Assembly: GCA_965223325.1 (NCBI GenBank)
Contig: CBDCWI010000002.1
Location: 864,001-928,000 of the forward strand
Length of the DNA: 64,000 nucleotides
Direction: 5' to 3'
Origin: Candidatus Multivoradales bacterium
GTDB taxonomy: Bacteria; Acidobacteriota; Thermoanaerobaculia; Multivoradales; Multivoraceae
In this document: positions 29,360 through 39,044 of the stretch, piece after piece
Layout: every line of letters begins with the position of its first letter
Numbering within the stretch: the first letter of the stretch is position 1
Made by a program: the position numbers and the translations under genes
Notes under the pieces: generated by a model
The model's input: the letters and a program-made list of their open reading frames with translations, nothing else
Told to the model about the DNA's origin: nothing
Databases searched by the model: none

Positions 29360-31269
29360 GATACGCCGGGATAAACCGGCATGGAGAAAGGAATGAGAGA
29401 GTCCCACCCTCGAAGGGGTAGCGACCCAGAGGGTCCCCGAGTCATGCGCCGGCTCCCGCGAGGGTGCGGTGAAGCGTTGACAGGGGCACACACAGGCCGG
29501 GTATTGAGCCGCGAAATAAGAATTTGGGAGTGCCGACGCTGTCAAGCGAAGCGGAAGGCGAGACTCCGTAGCGCGCTATCGCGAGCTCTGCGGCGACTCC
29601 CCGCGGTCGTAGACCCTGTGCATGTGTGGAATCTCCATGCGCGAGAACCGGGAGATCCGCGATCTGGCCAGTTGGGTATCTGGTCCGCATCGGGAAGGCT
29701 AGAGGCCGTAAGCCGATGACGCACGGATGGCGGAAGTCAGACAGGCCCGTAGTACCTGCGAAGTCGTCGAACAACGGTGGGAGACCAGCGGCGGAGGCGG
29801 TGGAGGGAAGGGGCCTGGCCAAGGGGAACACGGGCAAGCAAAACGCACCCCGGACACAGAGCCGGATGGAGAGTGCGAGCAATGCGCTGGGCCGTGTACG
29901 AGAAGCCGCCCGCAGGGGCAAGGAAGTGAAGTTCACAGCGCTTCTTCACCACATCACGGTCGAGCGACTCCGGAGCGCATTTGACGTGTTGCACCGAGAC
30001 GCAGCGGCAGGAGTGGACGGAGTGTCATGGAGCGAGTACGCAGAATCTTTGCTGAGCAATCTCGAGGACCTGCACTCTCGTGTCCACCGTGGGAGCTACC
30101 GGGCGAGTGCGACTCGTCGCGTCTACATCGAGAAATCGGATGGGCGGTTCCGACCGCTTGGCATCGCCACGTTGGAGGACAAGATCCTTCAGCGCGCCGT
30201 CGTCTCGGTGTTGGATGCGATCTACGAGGAAGACTTTCTCGGGTACTCATACGGATTCAGGCGAGGCCGCAGCCAGCACGATGCTTTGGATGCGCTATTC
30301 GTTGGAATCACAAAGCGGAAGGTGAACTGGGTGCTCGACGCAGACATTCGTGGGTTCTTCGATGCCCTGGACCACGAGTGGCTGGTGAAGTTTCTCGAGC
30401 ACCGTATCGGAGACCGTAGGATCCTTCGCCTCATCCAGAAATGGCTGAGGTCCGGAGTGATGGAAGACGGTAAGTGGCACGCGAGCACGCGGGGGACTCC
30501 TCAGGGGGCGACGATTTCGCCTCTCCTCGGGAACGTGTACCTGCACTACGTGCTCGATCTCTGGGTCCAGCAGTGGAGGAAACGCAACGCGCTTGGGGAC
30601 ATGATCTTCGTGCGCTACGCGGATGACTTCATCGTTGGATTTGAGAGGCAGGAGGAGGCAGAACGATTCCTCGAGGAACTGAACCTGCGACTCCGTGACT
30701 TCTCGTTGGAGATCCAACCCGAGAAGACGCGCCTGCTGGAGTTTGGCCGCTTTGCGGCCTACAACCGACGCGCGCGAGGTCTCGGGCGGCCGGAGACCTT
30801 CGAGTTTCTAGGCTTTACGCACTGCTGTGCGCAGTCTAGTCGAGGGAGGTTCTTGCTGAAGCGCATCACGAGCCGCCACCGAATCCGCAGGACACTGAAG
30901 GCTGTCGGTACGGCCCTTCTGGGACACCGACACTCGCCGCTACCAGAGCAAGGTCTCTGGCTGGGATCCGTGGTGCGAGGCTTCAATGCCTACTACGGCG
31001 TACCCGGCAACTCAGCGGCGTTGAACGCCTTTCGACAGGAGGTCATTCGGCACTGGATGCGCGCTCTGCGCCGACGCAGTGACAAAGACCGCACGTCCTG
31101 GAAACGGATGTGGGCCCTGGTGGCCCACTACCTACCCAAAGCCCGAGTCCAACATCCCTGGCCTGATGAGCGACTTGTCGTCAATACCTGAGGCAGGAGC
31201 CCAGTGCATTAGCAGTGCACGCTGGGATCTGTGCGGGGGGCGCCGGGCAACCGGCGCTCCTACCGCGAT
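29360..31269 (+). mobile_element. Group II intron (IIB-type, RT/maturase without endonuclease)
   Basis: Boundaries fixed by the uninterrupted repeat copies (GACCGCTTG|CGCCGCAAAG). EBS1 CAAGCG (29543-29548) is complementary to IBS1 CGCTTG (29354-29359). DV has the AGC triad (31198-31200) and AC bulge; DVI has a bulged A at 31262 (-8); the intron ends in AT. Confidence 0.95.
29716..31191 (+). CDS. ltrA: Group II intron reverse transcriptase/maturase
   Basis: RPLGI..LEDK, SYGFRRGRSQHDA, DADIRGFFD, GTPQGATISPLL, RYADD, FLGF; X domain present, no HNH; stop just before DV. Confidence 0.95.
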   Translation: MTHGWRKSDRPVVPAKSSNNGGRPAAEAVEGRGLAKGNTGKQNAPRTQSRMESASNALGRVREAARRGKEVKFTALLHHITVERLRSAFDVLHRDAAAGVDGVSWSEYAESLLSNLEDLHSRVHRGSYRASATRRVYIEKSDGRFRPLGIATLEDKILQRAVVSVLDAIYEEDFLGYSYGFRRGRSQHDALDALFVGITKRKVNWVLDADIRGFFDALDHEWLVKFLEHRIGDRRILRLIQKWLRSGVMEDGKWHASTRGTPQGATISPLLGNVYLHYVLDLWVQQWRKRNALGDMIFVRYADDFIVGFERQEEAERFLEELNLRLRDFSLEIQPEKTRLLEFGRFAAYNRRARGLGRPETFEFLGFTHCCAQSSRGRFLLKRITSRHRIRRTLKAVGTALLGHRHSPLPEQGLWLGSVVRGFNAYYGVPGNSAALNAFRQEVIRHWMRALRRRSDKDRTSWKRMWALVAHYLPKARVQHPWPDERLVVNT

Positions 31270-31917
31270 CGCCGCAAAGGTGATCAGTAGCAGGCGCCGT
31301 GGTAACGACCCAACGCATCTGCGAGGTCACCGCCCCACACCCACCGCAAGCCAGACGGAGAGCGCCAACCAAAGGCCGCTACCACGGCACCGACAGGCTT
31401 CCCTCCAGAGACCTCCGAACCACCGTTCCAACGAAGGCACGAATCCGCGGCGCGCGACCAACGAATCGAAGTCTCATCAAGCACCATCAGGGCGGAAACC
31501 ACAGCAGGCAACACCCGCAACGGACCGCTTGCGCCGCAAAGGTGATCAGTAGCAGGCGCCGTGGTAACGGCCCAACGCATCTGCGAGGTCACCGCCCCAC
31601 ACCCACCGCAAGCCAGACGGAGAGCGCCAACCAAAGGCCGCTACCACGGCACCGACAGGCTTCCCTCCAGAGACCTCCGAACCACCGTTCCAACGAAGGC
31701 ACGAATCCGCGGCGCGCGACCAACGAATCGAAGTCTCATCAAGCACCATCAGGGCGGAAACCACAGCAGGCAACACGCGCAACGGACCGCTTGCGCCGCA
31801 AAGGTGATCAGTAGCAGGCGCCGTGGTAACGACCCAACGCATCTGCGAGGTCACCGCCCCACACCCACCGCAAGCCAGACGGAGAGCGCCAACCAAAGGC
31901 CGCTACCACGGCGACTG

Positions 31918-34125
31918 CTACAACCGTTCTTCGATGAACTCCGTCATACGACGGTAGAGGTCGTAGACCAGGTTCGGGTCGCGCACGCCGTGGCGGGAGC
32001 GCGGGTAGACCATCAGGTCGAAATCCTTGCCAGCCTTCTGGAGCGCGTAGACCAGTTGGACGGTGTTCTGGAAGTGGACGTTGTCGTCCATGAGGCCGTG
32101 CAGAATCAGCAGGTCTCCGTGCAGGTTCGCGGCCGCCGCGGCGACCGAGGTACCGGCGTAGCCCTCCTTGTTGTTCTGCGGCCGCGCCATGTAGCGCTCG
32201 GTGTAGATCGTGTCGTAGAGGCCCCAATCTGTCACCGGCGCGCCGGCGATTCCGGCCTTGAAGCTCTTGCTGTGGGTCAAGGCGTAGGAAGCCATGAAGC
32301 CACCGTAGCTCCAACCCCAGATGCCGATGCGCTCGCTGTCAACCCATGGCTGCTTGCGCAACCACGCGATGCCGTCTTCGATGTCTTGCAGTTCGATGAC
32401 GCCGAGCTGACGGTAGGCCTTCCAGGTCGGCGCAATTCCCTTGCCGGAAGCCGAGCGGTTGTCGCACATCCAGATCACGTAGCCGCGCTGCGCCAGCATC
32501 TGGTGCCACAGATAGCGATCACCGCCCCATCGGTTCTCCACCACCGGGGCGTGCGGGCCACCATAGTTGTACTGCAGAACGGGGTACTTCTTCTTGGCGT
32601 CGAAGTTCGGCGGCTTGATGAGCGAGGCCTCCATGACGAAACCGTCGCGAGTCGGAACCTGCAGAAACTCGATGCTGCCCCAATCGAAATCGGCAAGCGT
32701 CGCGGGACCTTCGGTGTCGAGTTCGGCCAGTACCGAGCCGTCGGCACTGTGGAGACGCAATTGCCAAGGCGTCGACACGTCACTCCAGGTGTCGAGGTAA
32801 CGCTTCATGTTCGGCGCAAAACGCACGCGGTGGTGGCCCGGACGCTTCGAGATGCGCCTGCGCGCGCCGTCGGCGAGCGCGATGCTCCACAGTTGACTGC
32901 CCGTCGGTCCGGCCTCGGTGGTGTTGATGTAGGCGACTCCGGCTTCCTCGTCGACACCGTGCAGGGTTTCGACTTCCCACTCACCATCGGTGAGCTGCTC
33001 GAGCAGGCGGCCTTTACGACTGTAGTGGTAGAGGTGCTGGAAACCGGTGCGCTCTGAAAGCCACAGGAACGAACCGTCGGCCAGCCACTCTGGCTCACCC
33101 GTGACATTGACGAACGCCGGCGATTGCTCTCTGAACAACCGCTCGACTTCGCCTGTCTCTGGGTCGGCCAACAACAAATCGAGCCAGCGCTGCTCGCGAT
33201 CCTGAACCTGGACAACGATGCGATCACTCTCAGGAGTCCAACCGACCCTGACGATCAGATGTTCGATCGGCAGGTACTCGCTGGTATCGATCCAACGTGG
33301 TTCACCGCCGGTGGCATCGACCACCGCTAGACGAACGGTGGGGTTGGGACTGCCGGCCTTGGGGTAGTTGGTGACTTCGAGATCGAGCTCGGTGGGCAAA
33401 TGATCTACCACCGTGAACTCGCGCACCGGCGACTCGTCGAGCTGGATGAAGACCAGTTGAGAACCGTCGGGACTCCACCAATAGCCGCGGAAGTTGCCAC
33501 GACCGTAGACCTCCTCCTGATAGACCCAGTCGAGCCGACCATGAAACAGCTCGGGGCCGCCGCCCTCGGTGACCTGCCAACTGCGCGCGGTCTCGGGGTC
33601 GGCGAGCCAGAGGTCGTTGTGACGCACGAAGCTGACCAGGCGACCGTCGGGGCTCCAGGCGGCTTCATGCTCGACCGCTTTGTCGGTCGTCAGTCGTACT
33701 GCGCGCTCGCTGCCACGCCGCCAGACGAACAAGTCATTCGAGTGCTCGAAGAGGACCGCGGAACGATTCGGAGCCAGGGTCATCGGCCCAGCGACCATCT
33801 CGGCCGCGCGCTTGGGTCCGAGCCCCGGAACCGCCACAAGGGCCTTCTCTATCGCCCTGGGCTCGAACAGCGGTACGGCTTCGAGGTCCTTGCCCTCGAG
33901 CAGCCAGAGGCCCTTCCCCTGTGAGCCGGACCGGCGCTCCCCCAGACTTCCATCGTCGAGCCAGGTGAGCTGCCTGGTGGCACCGTCGAACGACTTGCGC
34001 ACGGCGTCGTCCGGGCTGAACAACATCTCGACATCCAGGTGCCTGTCCTCTGCGGCAGCGATGGTTGGAAGGAGCACCAACACAACGGTCGTCAGCACGG
34101 CTCGGCCGGTTCTGCGTCCGGTCAT
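31918..34125 (-). CDS. S9B dipeptidyl peptidase IV family serine peptidase, secreted
   Basis: DWVYQEE, GWSYGG, DDNVH, RHG catalytic motifs; beta-propeller N-terminus; signal peptide. Confidence 0.93.
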   Translation of the reverse strand: MTGRRTGRAVLTTVVLVLLPTIAAAEDRHLDVEMLFSPDDAVRKSFDGATRQLTWLDDGSLGERRSGSQGKGLWLLEGKDLEAVPLFEPRAIEKALVAVPGLGPKRAAEMVAGPMTLAPNRSAVLFEHSNDLFVWRRGSERAVRLTTDKAVEHEAAWSPDGRLVSFVRHNDLWLADPETARSWQVTEGGGPELFHGRLDWVYQEEVYGRGNFRGYWWSPDGSQLVFIQLDESPVREFTVVDHLPTELDLEVTNYPKAGSPNPTVRLAVVDATGGEPRWIDTSEYLPIEHLIVRVGWTPESDRIVVQVQDREQRWLDLLLADPETGEVERLFREQSPAFVNVTGEPEWLADGSFLWLSERTGFQHLYHYSRKGRLLEQLTDGEWEVETLHGVDEEAGVAYINTTEAGPTGSQLWSIALADGARRRISKRPGHHRVRFAPNMKRYLDTWSDVSTPWQLRLHSADGSVLAELDTEGPATLADFDWGSIEFLQVPTRDGFVMEASLIKPPNFDAKKKYPVLQYNYGGPHAPVVENRWGGDRYLWHQMLAQRGYVIWMCDNRSASGKGIAPTWKAYRQLGVIELQDIEDGIAWLRKQPWVDSERIGIWGWSYGGFMASYALTHSKSFKAGIAGAPVTDWGLYDTIYTERYMARPQNNKEGYAGTSVAAAAANLHGDLLILHGLMDDNVHFQNTVQLVYALQKAGKDFDLMVYPRSRHGVRDPNLVYDLYRRMTEFIEERL

Positions 34126-34265
34126 CTTCTCGTCTCCTCTGCAGTCCCAGGGACGTTGATCGCACCCTTTGGATGGTTCGGTCTAAGGCTAGCGGCCTGG
34201 ATACTACCGCCGCCGCGGGGACGAGTCCCGCTGACTCACCAGATCGGTAATAGCATGGGGCTCTC

Positions 34266-35012
34266 ATGCGCGAAACCAACCGAAGACGCTCTGGCAGTCG
34301 CTGGCTGGCAGCCTGCGGCGGCTGCGCCGTCATCGGCCTCATCCTGCTGGCGATCTTCGTCTTCCTCGGTTACCGCGCCGCCTCGAGTGTGACCAACGCG
34401 CTCGAAGGTGGCGCGGCTAGTGAGGCGACCGCCCGTTCTATCCTGGCGACCGACCAGTTGCCGCCCGGTTGGCGATCGACGACCGCCTTTCGCTCCTCGC
34501 TGGTTGGAGAGTTCGTCATCCTGACCGACGCGCCCGACGATCCGAGCGACTCGACTGCTGACGGCGGCGAAGTGCTCACCGGCGAGGCGGCAGCCGAGGC
34601 CGTCGAGATCGCGATCACCGATGCGGTGAAGGACGGTGGCCGCCTGTTCATCTACTTCCGCACCCGCGGCATCTCGACCCTGCTCGCCGGCAGTGGCGAC
34701 GGCAAGCTCGAGGCCACCGGCATCGAAGTCGACGAAGGCGGCGAGCTCATCGCATCGGGAACGTCGCGCATTCGCTCCGGCAACCTCGAGTGGGAAGTCT
34801 CGCGCGGAACCTTCACCATCCAGGACCGCAAGCGCCAGGGCACAATCACACGAGCTGACGTGCGCTGCGACGCCGACGATCACCCCCGACTGGCTCTCCT
34901 CGTCGAGCCGGAGAGTCGCTCAGCACAGAAGACCCGAGGTAACGAAGAACCGCCCGCCGATCCGGACGCGCTGTCCCGGCTACTCGACAGTTTCGCGCTC
35001 TGTCCTCCCTGA
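34266..35012 (+). CDS. Hypothetical membrane-anchored protein
   Basis: N-terminal ACGGCAVIGLILL TM anchor; genome-like codon usage. Confidence 0.65.
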   Translation: MRETNRRRSGSRWLAACGGCAVIGLILLAIFVFLGYRAASSVTNALEGGAASEATARSILATDQLPPGWRSTTAFRSSLVGEFVILTDAPDDPSDSTADGGEVLTGEAAAEAVEIAITDAVKDGGRLFIYFRTRGISTLLAGSGDGKLEATGIEVDEGGELIASGTSRIRSGNLEWEVSRGTFTIQDRKRQGTITRADVRCDADDHPRLALLVEPESRSAQKTRGNEEPPADPDALSRLLDSFALCPP

Positions 35013-35096
35013 AGAATCATTTGCCCCCTGACGAATCCTTGGCGACGAACAAAGCCCGGGCGCAACGACGCGCAGTCTTGGAGATCTCGAAGGTCC

Positions 35097-35885
35097 TCAG
35101 GGCGCGACCCATCGCGAGCGCCCGCGCGCGCGACAGATGCTTGCATCGCGAACCTCGTGGCCGAAGACGCCCTCTTTGCCCCCATCGAAGCTGCTCGAGC
35201 GCAGTTGCTCTCCGGCGTCGACCTCACGCAGGAACCAGAGTTCGAACTCGGCGAGGCGTCGGTCCCCGACCGCGTCCTCTGGAAGACTCTCTAGCAACCA
35301 GTCGATGTACCAGGCGTTGTTTGCGTGACCCACCCGATCGAGGGCGGCCCGTTGGACGACGAAGTCCAGGCTCCCCAGCGGCTCGCCGCCCATCGCTTTG
35401 GGTGTCTCGGCGAGTCCCGGAGTTCCGTGAGTGAACCGTGGCGCCACGCGTGCGCTCGGAGTGATCGCACGTACCCGATCTGGTAGACGCGCGAGCCGCC
35501 GGGTCGCCAGGTTGACCATCACCCACTCACTGCTGGCCTGTCCCAGAGCCTCACCGTTCGGGGCCCGCCAAGCGAAGTGACGGTGCGCCACCAAACGATC
35601 GAACCTGGTTGGCCAGGTCGCCAGTTCGAGAGCATCCGCCAGGAAAGACGGGCGCAGAACCTCGACCCGTAGACGTCGCAACACCCAGGCCAGACCGTCG
35701 TCGGCTAGCGAGTCCATCGACGCTCCGAGCGCGCGGGCGTGGGCACCGGCCAGGTCCTGCAGCCAGTTGAGGATCACCCGTGGCGCCACGCTGCCCCGCC
35801 GATCGACGTCGTAGGAGCGCACTTCGACGGCTCGCGACACCTCGCGTGGTCCCTCCGACACCTCCCCTGGCGACAACCCAACCAT
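35097..35885 (-). CDS. Acyl-ACP thioesterase (double hot-dog fold)
   Basis: VRSYDVD, LAWVLRRL, LDRVGHANNAWY. Confidence 0.85.
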   Translation of the reverse strand: MVGLSPGEVSEGPREVSRAVEVRSYDVDRRGSVAPRVILNWLQDLAGAHARALGASMDSLADDGLAWVLRRLRVEVLRPSFLADALELATWPTRFDRLVAHRHFAWRAPNGEALGQASSEWVMVNLATRRLARLPDRVRAITPSARVAPRFTHGTPGLAETPKAMGGEPLGSLDFVVQRAALDRVGHANNAWYIDWLLESLPEDAVGDRRLAEFELWFLREVDAGEQLRSSSFDGGKEGVFGHEVRDASICRARGRSRWVAP

Positions 35886-36103
35886 AGACTCGACCCCCGA
35901 CTCACTGTTGCCGATGTTGACGATATATCCTAGAATCCATAGAACTAGAGGCGCCTGTGCTCGTCGGTAGTTTCTACCGAATCGAGTCTTTCGCCTGATT
36001 CGGACACAACAGTTGTTGTTCGCTGGGGGTTTCCCGCATGATCCATATCGCACCCGAACGGCTGCCCTTCCGCATTCTTCTGAGAGATCAGGAGTGGCCG
36101 CAG

Positions 36104-36550
36104 ATGCCCCTCGAGTTCGATGCGCTACGAGCACACAACGATAACGCCTCCCCTGCCAAGGGGCGAAAGTCCGGTAGTACCAGGGCCCATGTCCTGGTCG
36201 TCGAAGACGACCGAGCGGTCCTCGACCTTGCAGCGACGATTCTGCGCAACGAAGGCTTTGAGATCGTCACTGCCCTCGATGGCGCGGAAGCCCTGGCGCT
36301 GACCGACGAGCAGATCGCCTCGATCGATCTTCTGGTCGCCGACGTTCAGATGCCCGACATCGACGGTCCGACGCTCGCCGAACAGCTGGTCAGACGGGCA
36401 CCGATGCTCAAGGTGATGTACATGTCTGCCTGGGTCGACCCGATCTCGAGCTCGCCCACGGTTCCGCTAGACAGCGACTTCCTTCCCAAGCCGTTTGGCT
36501 ACGGTGAACTGGTCGCCAAGGTGCGCGAGAGCCTCCAGGTCAGCGCCTGA
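36104..36550 (+). CDS. Single-domain response regulator (REC)
   Basis: VLVVEDD, LLVADVQMPDIDG, MSA, FLPKPF; AGGAG RBS. Confidence 0.88.
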   Translation: MPLEFDALRAHNDNASPAKGRKSGSTRAHVLVVEDDRAVLDLAATILRNEGFEIVTALDGAEALALTDEQIASIDLLVADVQMPDIDGPTLAEQLVRRAPMLKVMYMSAWVDPISSSPTVPLDSDFLPKPFGYGELVAKVRESLQVSA

Positions 36551-36607
36551 GCCGCGGGACTCTAGCCAGCCGCTACCTTGGCTCCCGGCCACCTGCCCTT
36601 CTGGCGG

Positions 36608-36979
36608 CTACCCCTCAGGAATCAGCGGGTCGCCGAAGCTGACACTGAGATCGGTGCCACAGGCACGGGCCCAGCGGTCCATCAGCTCGACGGTCGGATT
36701 GCTCTGCCAACGCTCGGCCTGGGCGACCGCCTGCTGCGAGCAACCCAGTCGCTTGGCGAGCTGACGCTGGGTCATGCCCGCGCTTTCGCGTGCCAGCCGC
36801 ATCAGGTAGCCGGCCTTGGCGCGCTCGCGCGCTGGCACGACGCCCCAGCGCAAGAGCGTCTTCCACTCCTGATACGAACGTGGGCGGCGGCGCCGCAAGT
36901 CGGCGTCGGAGACCTCTTCACCCGCTGGCACCTCAGCCGGCAGATCGACGGTCAAAGTTCTTTCGTCGGCATCACTCAT
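36608..36979 (-). CDS. XRE-family HTH protein
   Basis: ARESAGMTQRQLAKRLGCSQQAVAQAE...NPTV; overlaps the stop of the upstream NTase gene. Confidence 0.85.
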   Translation of the reverse strand: MSDADERTLTVDLPAEVPAGEEVSDADLRRRRPRSYQEWKTLLRWGVVPARERAKAGYLMRLARESAGMTQRQLAKRLGCSQQAVAQAERWQSNPTVELMDRWARACGTDLSVSFGDPLIPEG

Positions 36980-37604
36980 CTATCGTGCCCTCCATCGCCT
37001 CGAGGAAACCCGCGGCAGGCTGCGCCCCGCCTTCGAGCGCAAACCGTTCCAGGGCACGTAGCAACCCGATCACGCCTTCCTTCTCCGCGGCACGCTCTAA
37101 ACGTTCACGATCGAGACTATCCTTCTGGGTCCGGAAGACGAGCAGCGCGTTGATGACATCCACCTCGGAGCGCCAGTCCTTCCAGTCGAGCAAACGCTCG
37201 GCGATCAGTTCTTCGGGAGCGAGAGCGCGAATCGATGCCTCGCCCACTTTCAATTCGACGGCCGCTGCCCGCCCGGGCATTTTTTCGCTGTCGACGAAGT
37301 CGAGGTAGACCCGCGCACCGTCATGAACCCAGCTGCGACCTTCACGACGAAAGCCGACTCGTTGAAGAATTCGTCCGACCCTCGGGGTCACCTTCCCGGA
37401 GAAATCGATGTCTGCTGTCGTATGGGCTCCGCCGGTGTAGAGGTCGACGGCCGCGCCGCCCACCAACACCGGTACCGTGTCCTCTTCGCTCGCGAAGAGG
37501 CTCTGAACCCAGGCCACCAACCCGGCGGTGCGTGGAGAGCCAACCGGCTCTCGAAGCACCTTCATGAAGTCCCGTCTAGTTATCACTATTTCGGTATTGT
37601 GCAA
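36972..37604 (-). CDS. Pol-beta-type nucleotidyltransferase (DUF6036/AbiEii-like)
   Basis: VLVGGAAV...TTADIDF motif, EELIAERL, C-terminal LDRERL; start may be 37565. Confidence 0.7.
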   Translation of the reverse strand: MHNTEIVITRRDFMKVLREPVGSPRTAGLVAWVQSLFASEEDTVPVLVGGAAVDLYTGGAHTTADIDFSGKVTPRVGRILQRVGFRREGRSWVHDGARVYLDFVDSEKMPGRAAAVELKVGEASIRALAPEELIAERLLDWKDWRSEVDVINALLVFRTQKDSLDRERLERAAEKEGVIGLLRALERFALEGGAQPAAGFLEAMEGTIDE

Positions 37605-37694
37605 TAAGTCGGTACGGAAATCTACCCCTCTCTAGAACCCCATAAACATTGGGTTTTGAAGGGTTTGAGAGTGTTCCACTACCTCGTGAATTGG

Positions 37695-38876
37695 TCAAAC
37701 GGTCTGTTTTTCCGACCGCGGTTCCGAGCGTACTCGAACACGCTGTCGCTGTGCTTCCAGCACCTCGACCGCCACCTGCACAATGTCTCCCAGAATCTGT
37801 GCAGCGGGTCTGATTTCCGTCAGCATGCCGGAGGTCTGCCCCGCTGCGTTCATCAAAAGTTCCTCTCGTCCCGCCATGCGCAGCGAGTGGACAAGGTCGC
37901 GGATCATCAAACCCTGCATCCCCATCGGCAAAGCTCGCAAGCCACTCGCCTCCCAGGCATCGATGAGAGGATTGCGAATGTTGCGCATCGTCTTGCCGCT
38001 GTACAGCCGGGTGACCAGCGTGTCCTCGGCAGCCGCCTCGAGGATGCGTTGCTTTTGTAGCTCAGGCTGGTTGGCTTCTTCGGCGACCAGAAACGCCGTC
38101 CCGCACCATGCTCCCACCGCCCCGAGCGTCAAGACGGCCGCCAACCCACGCCCGTCGGCGATGCCGCCGGCAGCCACGACTGGTAGCGGCGCCACCGCAT
38201 CGATGACCTGCGGCAGGAGCGCCAGGGTTCCGATGCGCCCCGTGTGCCCGCCGGCTTCGGTTCCCTGCGCAACAACGATGTCGGCACCCCCGGCCGCCAC
38301 CTGACGGGCGGCGCGCACGTTCCCGACCAGTGAAATCACCTGGGTTCCGTTCGCGTGCAGCGCTTCGACGAACGGAGCCGGGCTTCCGAGCCCCGAGGCG
38401 AAGACCGGCACCTTCTCCTCCAGCAACACCTCCATCTGCGCACCCGCGTGACTCTTGCCCACCGGCACCCAGCTCGGCGGCGGCGGCGCGGCCTCCTGCC
38501 ACTCGACACCGAGATCGGCCGCCATCTTGCGAACTCCGAGGAGGACCTCGGAAGGAATGCGATCGCGCCAGTCGTCTCGGGCGTCACTCGGCGCGCCGGG
38601 GTTGGTCGCCAGGAAGTTCGGCGACAGCAACAGATCAACGCCAAACGGCTTATCGGTCAACGACCGAACGCGGCGAATTTGTGCCCGCAGTGTGTCCGGG
38701 TCGAACGCGACGCCACCGATGACCCCCAGTCCACCGGCTTCGGAAACGGCCGCCGCCAGATCAGCGTTGGCGACCGGCTCGGCGCCGGCGGCGACCGGGC
38801 CCATGCCGGCCAGCAGCACCGGGTACTCGATCCCCAGCCGATCGCAGAGTTCGGTATGCAGGATGGTCTTGCTCAT
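37695..38876 (-). CDS. Nitronate monooxygenase family flavin oxidoreductase
   Basis: AVSEAGGLG, VAQGTEAGGHTG, AAGGIADGRG, GTAF. Confidence 0.9.
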   Translation of the reverse strand: MSKTILHTELCDRLGIEYPVLLAGMGPVAAGAEPVANADLAAAVSEAGGLGVIGGVAFDPDTLRAQIRRVRSLTDKPFGVDLLLSPNFLATNPGAPSDARDDWRDRIPSEVLLGVRKMAADLGVEWQEAAPPPPSWVPVGKSHAGAQMEVLLEEKVPVFASGLGSPAPFVEALHANGTQVISLVGNVRAARQVAAGGADIVVAQGTEAGGHTGRIGTLALLPQVIDAVAPLPVVAAGGIADGRGLAAVLTLGAVGAWCGTAFLVAEEANQPELQKQRILEAAAEDTLVTRLYSGKTMRNIRNPLIDAWEASGLRALPMGMQGLMIRDLVHSLRMAGREELLMNAAGQTSGMLTEIRPAAQILGDIVQVAVEVLEAQRQRVRVRSEPRSEKQTV

Positions 38877-39044
38877 CGCGAAAGAGGCAGACGTTCAGGT
38901 TGTGTGCAACTGTGAATACACCTCTCAGGCTACCCCAAGCGGCCGGTTTCGCCGAACCGCTCGAGTTGCTCTAGTCTGGCGAGGCCGGGCGCGGTCGATC
39001 GGAACGGTTGCCGAACCCTGAGAACTCCCGGAGAAGACGCCATC

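Larger units (their letters stand above)
29222..31921 (-). repeat. Array A: about 3 tandem near-identical 262-bp non-coding units, the first interrupted by a group II intron
   Basis: CGCCGCAAAGGTGATCAGTAG recurs at 31270, 31532 and 31794; 29222-29359 matches 31394-31531; only single-base differences seen between copies. Confidence 0.95.

Noticed and set aside
29716-31191. DGR, retron or defence-type RT
   Set aside because: The RT is embedded in a complete group II ribozyme (EBS1, DV, DVI), and differences between repeat copies are too few to show adenine-specific mutagenesis
31284-31896. Repeated 116-aa ORFs inside array A (and similar ORFs in array B)
   Set aside because: The period is not a multiple of 3 and indels between arrays break the frames; conservation follows base pairing, not codons
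29222-31921. CRISPR array or RT-CRISPR adaptation module
   Set aside because: Units are 262 bp and almost identical end to end, with no unique spacers and no cas genes
31811-31921. Integron attC site
   Set aside because: No proper RYYYAAC/GTTRRRY core pair, no cassette ORFs between units, no integrase
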